Below, in pieces: positions 8,872 to 16,853 of a stretch of DNA of 24,000 nt. The DNA comes from Chitinophaga pinensis. Lineage in GTDB: Bacteria; Bacteroidota; Bacteroidia; UKL13-3. Position numbers and translations under genes: made by a program. Numbering within the stretch: the stretch's first letter is position 1; every line of letters starts with the position of its first letter. The DNA lies in the NCBI GenBank assembly GCA_943372215.1, contig CALRXU020000010.1, forward strand, positions 26,423 to 50,422, given 5' to 3'. The notes under the pieces were generated by a model that was not told the origin of the DNA, did not search any database, and was given only the letters and a program-made list of their open reading frames with translations.

Positions 8872-10080
8872 TTATTCGTAAAACATTTTTAGGTTTTTAA
8901 AATGTGCCAGGCCATACTTTCTTAATAAGCCGGCATCCAATTGTTGTAGTGAGTCAACTACCGATTTTTTGGTATAATCAAAAGCAAACAGTTCAATGAG
9001 GTAGGCATATTTATCTGCAATAACTTTCCAAGTATAACGCCTCTTTGCGATTTGCAACAGTTGGCTGCCAATCGCTTTTAAATTTGCTTTGTCGGTTTGT
9101 TGAATTACCTGAATAAGTTCATTTGCATCTTTAAAATAGAGGCAACTGTTTTCGGTGGTGGCCCTGTTGTATGATACATCAAAAGCAATTACAGGCAACT
9201 CTAAATACATGGCTTCTACCAAAGAAGGGTTGGTGCCGCCTGCACTATGGCCATGGATATAAACTGAGCAGTTGCTGCGCAAAATGTTCAACTCTTTTTG
9301 GTTATAAATAGGGTCAAGTAAAAACAAGTTTTTAAACGCGCTATACTTATTTTTTAATTCAACACCATAAGCACTGTTTTTCCAATTGCCTACTACCACC
9401 ATGTTTTGGTGAGGCAATTGGACAAATGCTTCCAGTACCAGGTGGATATTATTTTCGGGTTCGATGCGGCATACTTTAAAAGCATAAGGTTCATGTAGAA
9501 AGGGGTATTTTACTACAGCGGGAATATTTATAGCTTGTTTTTCGCAATGGTCAGCCCCATATTCAATAAGGTGGCTCAATGTTTTGTATTGAATGGCGGT
9601 GTAACGTTTAATGGCAGCATTGTCGGTAATATCCGCATCTGAATATTTTACAGCAAGTTTTTCTGATAAATGTAAAAACCATTTGGTGTACTTGTTCCAT
9701 TTGTCTCTTCTCCATTCCAAGCCATCAATATTTACAATTATTTTTTTTCTGGTAAATAGTTTAACCAGTGGCAATACAATACCCCCTGAAACGCCTAAAA
9801 TCAATAAGGTATCAGCATAAAACAAGGCGTGAATAATGGATACCATATCGTAAATAATGCTTTGCATGCCATTGGCGTTTAGCGGAAGATGAACCAAACG
9901 CGCTTTATTCCAGGTTGGAACACGCTCTTGTTTGCTGTAATATTTGTTGCTACAATACACGGTTAAGTCGTATTGCTCATTTAGGTTATTTACCAAATGA
10001 TGCGCCAGGGTTTCAAATCCGCCATATCTGGCAGGAACTCCTGCAGTACCTATTATTGCTACTTTTGTTTTCATGGGCAT
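8872..10080 (-). CDS. Family-1 (GT-B) glycosyltransferase with a DUF1972-type N-terminus
   Basis: The N-terminus VAIIGTAGVPARYGGFETLAHHL is typical of DUF1972 glycosyltransferases. The C-terminal GT1 core contains HGHSAGGTNPSLVEAM (E-x7-E-like region). An alternative ATG lies at 10074. The gene ends 12 nt upstream of the WecA-like gene. Confidence 0.75.
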   Translation of the reverse strand: MPMKTKVAIIGTAGVPARYGGFETLAHHLVNNLNEQYDLTVYCSNKYYSKQERVPTWNKARLVHLPLNANGMQSIIYDMVSIIHALFYADTLLILGVSGGIVLPLVKLFTRKKIIVNIDGLEWRRDKWNKYTKWFLHLSEKLAVKYSDADITDNAAIKRYTAIQYKTLSHLIEYGADHCEKQAINIPAVVKYPFLHEPYAFKVCRIEPENNIHLVLEAFVQLPHQNMVVVGNWKNSAYGVELKNKYSAFKNLFLLDPIYNQKELNILRSNCSVYIHGHSAGGTNPSLVEAMYLELPVIAFDVSYNRATTENSCLYFKDANELIQVIQQTDKANLKAIGSQLLQIAKRRYTWKVIADKYAYLIELFAFDYTKKSVVDSLQQLDAGLLRKYGLAHFKNLKMFYE

Positions 10081-10164
10081 TGTTTTGTTTATGAATGAAA
10101 CATCTGTTGTGCCAAATGTGCCAGGCGTTGTTTGGCGGCACTTTCAGGCTATTGTTGGTTTTAG

Positions 10165-10388
10165 GCTGTTCCCAAATCTGGAATTGTTTTCCAAGGTTTA
10201 AAGGATATGAACCAACAAGCCTAATCCTGTAAAAGAGTACCCATCATTGTACCTGCCTTTTACCGCATCTAGGTTACTGGACGTGGCCAAATGGTAGTTG
10301 TGTTCCATGCGGATGCCAATGGTTTTATTGACTTTATATACCAATTCAACCCCGAGGTTTAGGGTGGCATCTTTTCTGGGTGAAATGG
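10165..10388. repeat. Copy 1 of a diverged direct repeat of about 220 bp (3' end of the OMP gene plus downstream spacer); copy 2 is at about 10955..11168
   Basis: Hand alignment: ...cccaaatctggaattg...ggatatgaaccaacaagcctaatcctgtaaaag...ccatcattgtacctgccttttaccgcatctaggttac... recurs about 790 bp downstream. Identity is roughly 90% over the first 150 nt. Confidence 0.85.
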
Positions 10389-10878
10389 GATTCAAATCGG
10401 TATCGTATCCTTCCGCATTCTTATTTATGGGGCATTCAAAGTAATGTTGGGCACTCCTGTAGCTGATTAATCCAATGCCACAAATGCCATTGAGGCTAAG
10501 CCTATTGCTTTTATTAATAATGGGGAATATTACTGAAGTGCTAAGTTGCCAGAAGTTATTTTGAAACCATACTTCATAATCGGCTTTGGTCATATTGCGG
10601 ACTCCGTTTAGTGTTCCTTTAGTTAACCCAAAACGATAACAGATGCGCTGCTTGCAAGTTGTTTGTAACAATATTCCTGAGGTAGTACCAAAATCTTTTT
10701 TGCTGGTGGATTGGTCGGGTAAAATACCCTCTCGTTGTACATTACCATAAAACATGGTGTAACCAGCAGTTATGCCAATTGCCATTGTTGAAGGTTGTGT
10801 TTGGGTTTGCTGTGCTTGTGCACTTGCCATTAAGTACATAGCTGAAATAAGGAGGATGGATAGCTTTTTCATATTCAT
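10198..10878 (-). CDS. Outer-membrane beta-barrel protein (porin-family/OmpA-beta-barrel-like) with signal peptide
   Basis: Signal peptide MNMKKLSILLISAMYLMASAQAQ, alternating hydrophobic beta-strand pattern, and an aromatic-rich C-terminal strand (YSFTGLGLLVHIL). Confidence 0.7.
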   Translation of the reverse strand: MNMKKLSILLISAMYLMASAQAQQTQTQPSTMAIGITAGYTMFYGNVQREGILPDQSTSKKDFGTTSGILLQTTCKQRICYRFGLTKGTLNGVRNMTKADYEVWFQNNFWQLSTSVIFPIINKSNRLSLNGICGIGLISYRSAQHYFECPINKNAEGYDTDLNPISPRKDATLNLGVELVYKVNKTIGIRMEHNYHLATSSNLDAVKGRYNDGYSFTGLGLLVHIL

Positions 10879-10985
10879 GTTGTTTTATGCAACATCAACA
10901 TAGGGCGTGCCAAACGATAAAAGCCTTGTTTTACTGGGTTTTTATAGCCTTGGGTTGTTCCCAAATGTGGAATTGTTTCCAATGT

Positions 10986-11168
10986 TTAATGGATATGAAC
11001 CAACAAGCCTAATCCTGTAAAAGCATACCCATCATTGTACCTGCCTTTTACCGCATCTAGGTTACTTGACGTGGCCAAATGGTAGTTGTGTTCCATGTGG
11101 ATGCCAATGGTTTTGTTGATTTTATAAGCCAACCCCAGTTTAGGGTAACATCGTTTATGGGTGAAATG
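10986..11168 (-). pseudogene. Truncated, frameshifted 3' fragment of a paralog of the 10198..10878 OMP gene
   Basis: The reverse strand ends ...GLLVHIH-TAA, against ...GLLVHIL-TAA in the intact copy. Homology runs for about 180 nt into the coding region with 5-nt and 2-nt gaps, then stops abruptly near 11170. The ORF track has no minus-strand ORF of 60 aa or more here. Confidence 0.65.
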
Positions 11169-11233
11169 TACTTACCCTTAATCATGCACAACAATATTGT
11201 GCGTTTTTACACCATTAGAAAGTGTGTTTTTAC

Positions 11234-11241
11234 TATATTTG
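11234..11241 (+). promoter_or_regulatory. Candidate Bacteroidota -7 promoter box (TATATTTG) for the XRE-hsdR operon
   Basis: Exact TAnnTTTG match 28 nt upstream of the ATG at 11269. It is the only obvious promoter-like element between the OMP relic and the first island gene. Confidence 0.4.
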
Positions 11242-11268
11242 ACCTGTTAAAAATTTATTAGACTTCAA

Positions 11269-11457
11269 ATGAATAGAATTAAAGAAGTTCTGAAAGAAAA
11301 AGGCATCTCACAAACTTGGCTGGCGAAACAGTTAGACAAAAGCTATAACACGATTAACGGGTATGCCCGAAATGTGAGACAACCAAGTATTGAGGATTTG
11401 TATCGCATTGCTAAAATTCTGGATGTTAACGCCAAAGATTTATTGAAAGAAGAATAA
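11269..11457 (+). CDS. XRE-family helix-turn-helix protein (62 aa), candidate controller of the R-M operon
   Basis: Canonical HTH_3 pattern: GISQTWLAKQLDKSYNTINGYARNVRQPSIEDLYRIAKILDV. Its stop overlaps the hsdR start (TAATG). Confidence 0.8.
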   Translation: MNRIKEVLKEKGISQTWLAKQLDKSYNTINGYARNVRQPSIEDLYRIAKILDVNAKDLLKEE

Positions 11458-14400
11458 TGAGTAAAGAGAACCAAATAGAAGAAAATCTTATAGAGCAACT
11501 AAAAGGGCTAAAATATCTTTATCGTCCCGATATAGTTGATAGGAAAACGCTTGAGCAAAACTTCAAAACAAAATTTGAAGCACTTAACCGTGTTCGTTTG
11601 TCAGACAATGAATTTTTGCGATTAAGAGAAGAAATTATTAAACCTGATGTATTTGCAGCATCTAAGTTTTTGCGCGAAAGACAATATTTTCAGCGTGAAG
11701 ATGGAACGCCATTACATTACACTTTAGTTAATACAAAAGAATGGTGCAAAAACGATTTTGAAATAATTAACCAACTTAGGGTTAATACCGAAAACAGCCA
11801 CCAACGATACGATATTATTTTGCTTTTAAATGGTTTGCCTTTGGTTCAAGTTGAACTGAAAAAAGTGGATGTTTCCCCAAGGAAAGCCATGCAGCAAATT
11901 GTTGAATATAAAAACGAACCTGGCAATGGTTATGGAAACTCTTTGCTTTGTTTTATGCAGCTTTTTATTGTAAGCAATGGAGGTAGAACGCTTTATTTTG
12001 CCAATAATAAAAACCAACACTTTGCTTTTAATGCCGATGAGCAATTTTTACCTGTATATGAACTGGCAGATAAGGACAACAAAAAAATTAGTGGCTTACA
12101 TGATTTTGCTGAAAAATTCTTAACCAAGTGTACACTTGGCGAAATGATTAGTAAATACATGGTTTTGGTAGAAAGCGAACAAAAACTGTTAGTGATGCGC
12201 CCTTACCAAATTTATGCCGTAAAAGCCATTGTAGATTGTATAAAAGACAATAGAGGTAACGGCTATATTTGGCACACTACAGGAAGTGGTAAAACACTTA
12301 CTTCGTTTAAAGCATCTACTTTATTAAAAGACAATCCTGATATTGAAAAATGTTTGTTTGTGGTGGATAGAAAAGACCTTGACCGACAAACACGCGAGGA
12401 GTTCAATAAATTTCAAGAGGGAAGTGTGGAAGAAAACACCAATACCGAAACATTGGTAAGGCGATTATTATCTACCGACTATGCCGATAAGGTAATAGTT
12501 TGTACCATTCAAAAATTAGCTTTAGCAATTGATAGTACTAATAGCCGTAACTATTTTGAGCGATTAGCACCTCTAAGAAATAAAAAAATAGTATTCATTT
12601 TTGATGAGTGCCACCGTTCTCAATTTGGACAAAACCATAAAGCAATTACTAAGTTTTTCCACAACGCTCAACTTTTTGGTTTTACTGGTACTCCAATATT
12701 TTCTGATAATGCTAATTACAGTTATATTGAAGGGCAAGAAGCTACTTTAAAAACCACTGTTGATATTTTTGAAAAGGAATTACATGCTTACACTATAACG
12801 CATGCCATTGAGGATAAAAATGTATTGCGTTTCCATATAGATTATTACAAAGGAAAAGGCACCCAAAATGTTAAAGCGGGTGAACCTATTGCCCAACAAG
12901 CAGTAGTGGAAGCCATTTTAGATAAACACAATGCAGCCACCAATCAAAGGCGATTTAATGCTACATTGGCAACTGCTTCAATAAACAATGCCATTGAATA
13001 TTATAGGCTTTTTAAAGAAATGCAAATTCTTCGTAAGGCTCAGGATGCTGAATATGTGCCTTTGAATATAGCCTGCGTATTTTCGCCACCAGCGCAACTT
13101 ATAGCCAAAGAAGGCGACCAAAAAAGCCAGAAAAATGCTGATGATATAAAACAACTGCAAGAGGATTTAATTCAGGAAAAAGAAGACAACAAACAAAATC
13201 CTGATGAAAAGAAAGAGGCTTTGATGCAAATTATTGCAGATTATAATTTGCAATATGGTACAAACCATACCATAAACGAGTTTGACTTGTATTACCAAGA
13301 TTTACAAATACGTATAAAAGACCAAAAATATAGCAATAAAGACTATCCACATAAAAACAAAATAGATATTACCATAGTGGTAGATATGTTGCTTACGGGT
13401 TTCGATTCTAAGTATTTGAATACTTTGTATGTAGATAAAAACCTAAAATACCATGGGTTAATTCAAGCATTTTCGCGCACTAACCGTGTGCTTAATGATA
13501 CCAAACCTTATGGCAATATTTTAGATTTCCGTTCGCAAAAAGAGGAAGTAAACAAAGCCATTGCCTTGTTTTCTGGCCAAGATAATAACAGTGCAAAAGA
13601 AATTTGGTTGGTTGACCCTGCTCCTGTAATGATTGAAAAATACCAAAAAGCAGTAGAAGCTTTGGGTGTATTTATGCAAGAACATAATTTGTTAAACGAA
13701 CCGCAAGAAGCTTATAACTTAAAAGGCGATGCCGCACGAATAGCATTTGTTAAAAACTTTAAGGAAATACAACGCTTAAAAACACAACTAGACCAATATA
13801 CAGACTTAAACGAAGGGCAGGTTGATTTAATTGAAGCCATTTTACCAAATGAAACTTTATTAGAATTTAGAAGCTCATACATAGAAACGGCTAAACAGCT
13901 AAGAACAATACAGCAAAAAGAGGGCGACCAAGCACCTACCGAAATTCAACAATTGGATTTTGAGTTTGTGCTGTTTGCTTCTGCGGTAATTGATTACGAC
14001 TACATTATGAACCTGATTGCTGACAGTACCCAACAAAAATCTGTTAAGCAAAAAATGACCAAGGCACAAGTAATTAGTTTACTAAGTGCCAATGCCAACT
14101 TAATGGATGAGCAGGAAAATTTAACTGAATATATTAATAGCTTAGACTGGAACAAAGGGCAAGATGTAAATGCTTTAACCAAAGGTTACGAAATTTTTAA
14201 AGTAGAAAAAAACGATAAGGAATTAACGGACATAGCCCACAAACATGGATTGCAAACAGCAGACTTGAAAGCCTTTGTAGAAGAAATAATGAGCCGAATG
14301 ATATTTGATGGTGAAAAATTAACTGACTTGTTAGAACCATTAGAATTAAGTTGGAAAGAACGCAGGGTAAAAGAATTGGCTTTAATGGTAGACTTAGTAC

Positions 14401-14459
14401 CACAATTAAAAAAACTGGCCGAAGGGCGGGAAATATCAGGATTAGCAGCTTATGAGTAA
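11457..14459 (+). CDS. hsdR: Type I restriction endonuclease, R subunit
   Basis: N-terminal PD-(D/E)xK-type region (YDIILLLNGLPLVQVELKK), SF2 helicase motif I (HTTGSGKT) and motif II (FIFDECHRSQ), motif VI-like QAFSRTNR, and a length of 1000 aa. Confidence 0.95.
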   Translation: MSKENQIEENLIEQLKGLKYLYRPDIVDRKTLEQNFKTKFEALNRVRLSDNEFLRLREEIIKPDVFAASKFLRERQYFQREDGTPLHYTLVNTKEWCKNDFEIINQLRVNTENSHQRYDIILLLNGLPLVQVELKKVDVSPRKAMQQIVEYKNEPGNGYGNSLLCFMQLFIVSNGGRTLYFANNKNQHFAFNADEQFLPVYELADKDNKKISGLHDFAEKFLTKCTLGEMISKYMVLVESEQKLLVMRPYQIYAVKAIVDCIKDNRGNGYIWHTTGSGKTLTSFKASTLLKDNPDIEKCLFVVDRKDLDRQTREEFNKFQEGSVEENTNTETLVRRLLSTDYADKVIVCTIQKLALAIDSTNSRNYFERLAPLRNKKIVFIFDECHRSQFGQNHKAITKFFHNAQLFGFTGTPIFSDNANYSYIEGQEATLKTTVDIFEKELHAYTITHAIEDKNVLRFHIDYYKGKGTQNVKAGEPIAQQAVVEAILDKHNAATNQRRFNATLATASINNAIEYYRLFKEMQILRKAQDAEYVPLNIACVFSPPAQLIAKEGDQKSQKNADDIKQLQEDLIQEKEDNKQNPDEKKEALMQIIADYNLQYGTNHTINEFDLYYQDLQIRIKDQKYSNKDYPHKNKIDITIVVDMLLTGFDSKYLNTLYVDKNLKYHGLIQAFSRTNRVLNDTKPYGNILDFRSQKEEVNKAIALFSGQDNNSAKEIWLVDPAPVMIEKYQKAVEALGVFMQEHNLLNEPQEAYNLKGDAARIAFVKNFKEIQRLKTQLDQYTDLNEGQVDLIEAILPNETLLEFRSSYIETAKQLRTIQQKEGDQAPTEIQQLDFEFVLFASAVIDYDYIMNLIADSTQQKSVKQKMTKAQVISLLSANANLMDEQENLTEYINSLDWNKGQDVNALTKGYEIFKVEKNDKELTDIAHKHGLQTADLKAFVEEIMSRMIFDGEKLTDLLEPLELSWKERRVKELALMVDLVPQLKKLAEGREISGLAAYE

Positions 14460-15702
14460 AAAGGATTTAATACCTGAATTGCGTTTTCCTGAGTTTAAGA
14501 ATAATGGGGAATGGGAACTTACATCAATTGGTGAAATCGGTAATTTTTACTACGGTAAAAGTGCCCCAAAATGGTCATTATCGGAAGAAGCCTCAACACC
14601 TTGTGTAAGATATGGCGATTTATACACTAAATTCGACACTATCATTTCTGAAATTAAATCTCGAACTAATATTGAGCCAAGCAATTTGAAGTTTAGTAAA
14701 GGGGGTGAAATATTAGTTCCTCGTGTTGGCGAACGTGCAACTGACTTTGCAAAAAACTGTTGTTACTTACCATTTTCAAATATTGCGATTGGTGAAATGA
14801 TAAGTGTTTTTGAAACAAAAGAATTCCCATTATTCTATACACATTACTTTAGAACACTTTGGAAAGAATTTGCTGAAGTTGTTGAAGGCCAAAATGTAAA
14901 AAATTTATACTTCGTAAACCTTGAGCCTATTAAAATAGGAAAAACATCCTATGCTGAACAACAAAAAATAGCCTCATGTCTTTCATCTTTAGATAAAGTA
15001 ATTGCTGCCGAAAGCCAAAAGTTAGATTTACTCAAAGAACACAAAAAAGGCTTGATGCAAAACCTTTTTCCTCAAGAGGGTGAAAAAGTGCCTAAGTATC
15101 GGTTTAAAGAGTTTGAGAAAGATGGGGAGTGGGTGGAGAAGAAGTTGGGGGAAGTGGGAGAATTTTTAGGTGGAGGAACTCCAAGCAGAACAAATAGTGA
15201 ATATTGGACAGGAAATATACCTTGGATTTCAAGTTCTGATATTAATGAAAACGATGTTCATAGCATTTCAATATCTCAATACATAAATGAAATTGCAATT
15301 ATTGAATCGGCAACTAAAATAATTCCCAAAGGAAGTGTTCTATTCGTTTCAAGAGTTGGGGTCGGCAAATTAGCAATCAATAATGAAGAGCTTTGTACAA
15401 GCCAAGATTTTACAAGTTTCATTCCTACAGAAGTTTTAAATTTATTTGTTGCTTATTATTATTTATCAAATAAAAATGCGTTACAATCTTTAAGTCAAGG
15501 TACATCAATTAAAGGCTTTTCAAAAAGCGATTTGGAAGACTCAAAAATAGGATTCCCAAGGAACCCCAAAGAACAGAAAAAAATCGCTAGCTGTCTTTCT
15601 TCCTTAGATGCACTTATTACTGCACAAGCGGAAAAAATAGAACAGTTGAAGTTGCATAAAAAGGGATTGATGCAGGGCTTGTTTCCAAAAATAAATGATT
15701 AA
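14452..15702 (+). CDS. hsdS: Type I restriction-modification specificity subunit (two TRDs)
   Basis: Start LRFPEF..EWE, then a second TRD start YRFKEFEKDGEWVEKKLGEV. The conserved coiled-coil region is duplicated (QQKIASCLSSLDKVIAAESQKLDLLKEHKKGLMQNLFP and EQKKIASCLSSLDALITAQAEKIEQLKLHKKGLMQGLFP). The gene overlaps hsdR by 8 nt (ATGAGTAA). Confidence 0.95.
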   Translation: MSKKDLIPELRFPEFKNNGEWELTSIGEIGNFYYGKSAPKWSLSEEASTPCVRYGDLYTKFDTIISEIKSRTNIEPSNLKFSKGGEILVPRVGERATDFAKNCCYLPFSNIAIGEMISVFETKEFPLFYTHYFRTLWKEFAEVVEGQNVKNLYFVNLEPIKIGKTSYAEQQKIASCLSSLDKVIAAESQKLDLLKEHKKGLMQNLFPQEGEKVPKYRFKEFEKDGEWVEKKLGEVGEFLGGGTPSRTNSEYWTGNIPWISSSDINENDVHSISISQYINEIAIIESATKIIPKGSVLFVSRVGVGKLAINNEELCTSQDFTSFIPTEVLNLFVAYYYLSNKNALQSLSQGTSIKGFSKSDLEDSKIGFPRNPKEQKKIASCLSSLDALITAQAEKIEQLKLHKKGLMQGLFPKIND

Positions 15703-15705
15703 AAT

Positions 15706-16800
15706 ATGAGTACAGTTATAGAAATAGCAGAGGATCTAAAAGGAACAAAAGAAAATATAATCCTTATTTATGCTTTTAATGCAACAGGCAAAACTCGTCT
15801 TTCAGTTGAATACAAAAACATTACTAAAAATCCTAATAATGGCGAACATGCGGGTGTTTACTACAATGCTTTTAGTGAAGATTTGTTTGTTTGGGATAAT
15901 GATAATCCAAATGGGGAAAAAAATATCAAACTCGACATTAAATTCAGTAGTTTAAATAGTTTACACAATTTAATGACGGAAGAAGATGTTGAAAAAAAGT
16001 TAATTCCTTACAAAAGGAAATATAACTTCTATTTTAACTCTAATAAAGACCTTGAGAAAGGTTATGATTCGATAGCATTTTATAAAATAGACGATAAAGA
16101 AAGTAAAACTCCTATTAAAATTTCGAGAGGTGAAGAAAGGATATTTGTTTGGTGTTTCTTTCTGGCTCTTTTAGAAGTTGAAGGTTGGGCAGACACACAA
16201 AATGCACACTTCTTTATTGATGACCCTGTTTCAAGTTTGGATGACCACAATATTTTTGTGACTGCTTACACCGTTTTTGACTTAATTGAACGTGAATTTG
16301 AAAAAAGAAAAATTATTATTACTTCGCATCACTTTGGTTTTCTAACCATTTTATCTGATATGCTTGGCAAAGGTGATAAAGCTGATAAATTTAGAAACAG
16401 AGATAAATCCAAAAAATATAAAGAATTTATATTAGAAGGCAATGGAGAAGATTTATCATTAGTTAAAACTAAAAATGGAGTATTTCTTTACCATTTGAGA
16501 TTGCTTCAAATCTTAAATCAAGCTGCCGAATCGAATAACGTTTACACTTATCACTTTGCACTTTTGAGGCAAGTGCTTGAAAATGTTGCATCATTTCTTG
16601 GTGTTGGTCAATTCAGTTATGTTTTGGAACAAATCGGAATCAATGACAAAGAAAGAGTTGCTTTCATTGTGAATGCACTTTCACATTTGAATGTTTATTA
16701 CCAACAAATCGACAAGCCTGTTCCAGATAATTTAGAATTGTTCAATGAGGTTTTAAGTAGGTTGATGAACAAATATCGTTTCTTAATACCTAAAGATTAA
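15706..16800 (+). CDS. prrC: PrrC-like anticodon nuclease (ABC/AAA_13-type ATPase N-domain plus C-terminal R-x3-E...H nuclease motif)
   Basis: P-loop AFNATGKT (aa 23-30), YYNAFSEDLFVWDND, signature-like ISRGEERIF, Walker B/D-loop HFFIDDPVSSLDD, and H-loop IITSHH. The C-terminal R288-x3-E292 (LLRQVLEN) and H327 (NALSHLN) sit at the same distance from the C-terminus as the Arg320/Glu324/His356 triad I recall for E. coli PrrC (396 aa). The gene is embedded in a type I R-M operon, 3 nt after hsdS. Confidence 0.65.
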   Translation: MSTVIEIAEDLKGTKENIILIYAFNATGKTRLSVEYKNITKNPNNGEHAGVYYNAFSEDLFVWDNDNPNGEKNIKLDIKFSSLNSLHNLMTEEDVEKKLIPYKRKYNFYFNSNKDLEKGYDSIAFYKIDDKESKTPIKISRGEERIFVWCFFLALLEVEGWADTQNAHFFIDDPVSSLDDHNIFVTAYTVFDLIEREFEKRKIIITSHHFGFLTILSDMLGKGDKADKFRNRDKSKKYKEFILEGNGEDLSLVKTKNGVFLYHLRLLQILNQAAESNNVYTYHFALLRQVLENVASFLGVGQFSYVLEQIGINDKERVAFIVNALSHLNVYYQQIDKPVPDNLELFNEVLSRLMNKYRFLIPKD

Positions 16801-16807
16801 AAACGAA

Positions 16808-16840
16808 ATGACAAATAAAGACCAACAACAATTAATTTAA
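16808..16840 (+). repeat. Relic copy of the hsdM 5' end (ATGACAAATAAAGACCAACAACAATTA..., mini-ORF MTNKDQQQLI*)
   Basis: Positions 16808..16834 match the real hsdM start at 17502..17528 (ATGACACAAAAAGACCAACAACAGTTA) at 24 of 27 positions in the same orientation. The two copies bracket the 211-aa gene. Confidence 0.7.
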
Positions 16841-16853
16841 TTGGTAAAATACA

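Noticed and set aside
11186-11208. Hairpin gcacaa-caata-ttgtgc followed by gttttt at the island's left edge, considered as a terminator insulating the island
   Set aside because: The stem is only 6 bp with low GC. It may be real, but the evidence is too weak to annotate.
11079-11261. 60-aa plus-strand ORF just upstream of the XRE gene
   Set aside because: Its first half is the antisense strand of the truncated OMP paralog fragment, and its product has no recognisable features. The region is better explained as pseudogene plus promoter.
14452-15702. Phase-variable hsdS shuffling (Mod/S-type inversion system) or SSR-mediated phase variation
   Set aside because: There is no second or partial hsdS copy, no inverted repeats between S genes and no nearby recombinase. 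The longest homopolymers seen in the hsd genes are A7 tracts, which are too short to argue for slipped-strand switching.
15770-15955. 61-aa alternative-frame ORF inside the prrC-like gene. Comparable short ORFs inside the R-M genes occur at 11826..12044, 12978..13160, 14000..14182, 14197..14403, 17458..17685 and 18826..19017.
   Set aside because: These are chance ORFs expected in AT-rich DNA. Each is nested in a gene with clear motifs, and none has start or coupling signals.
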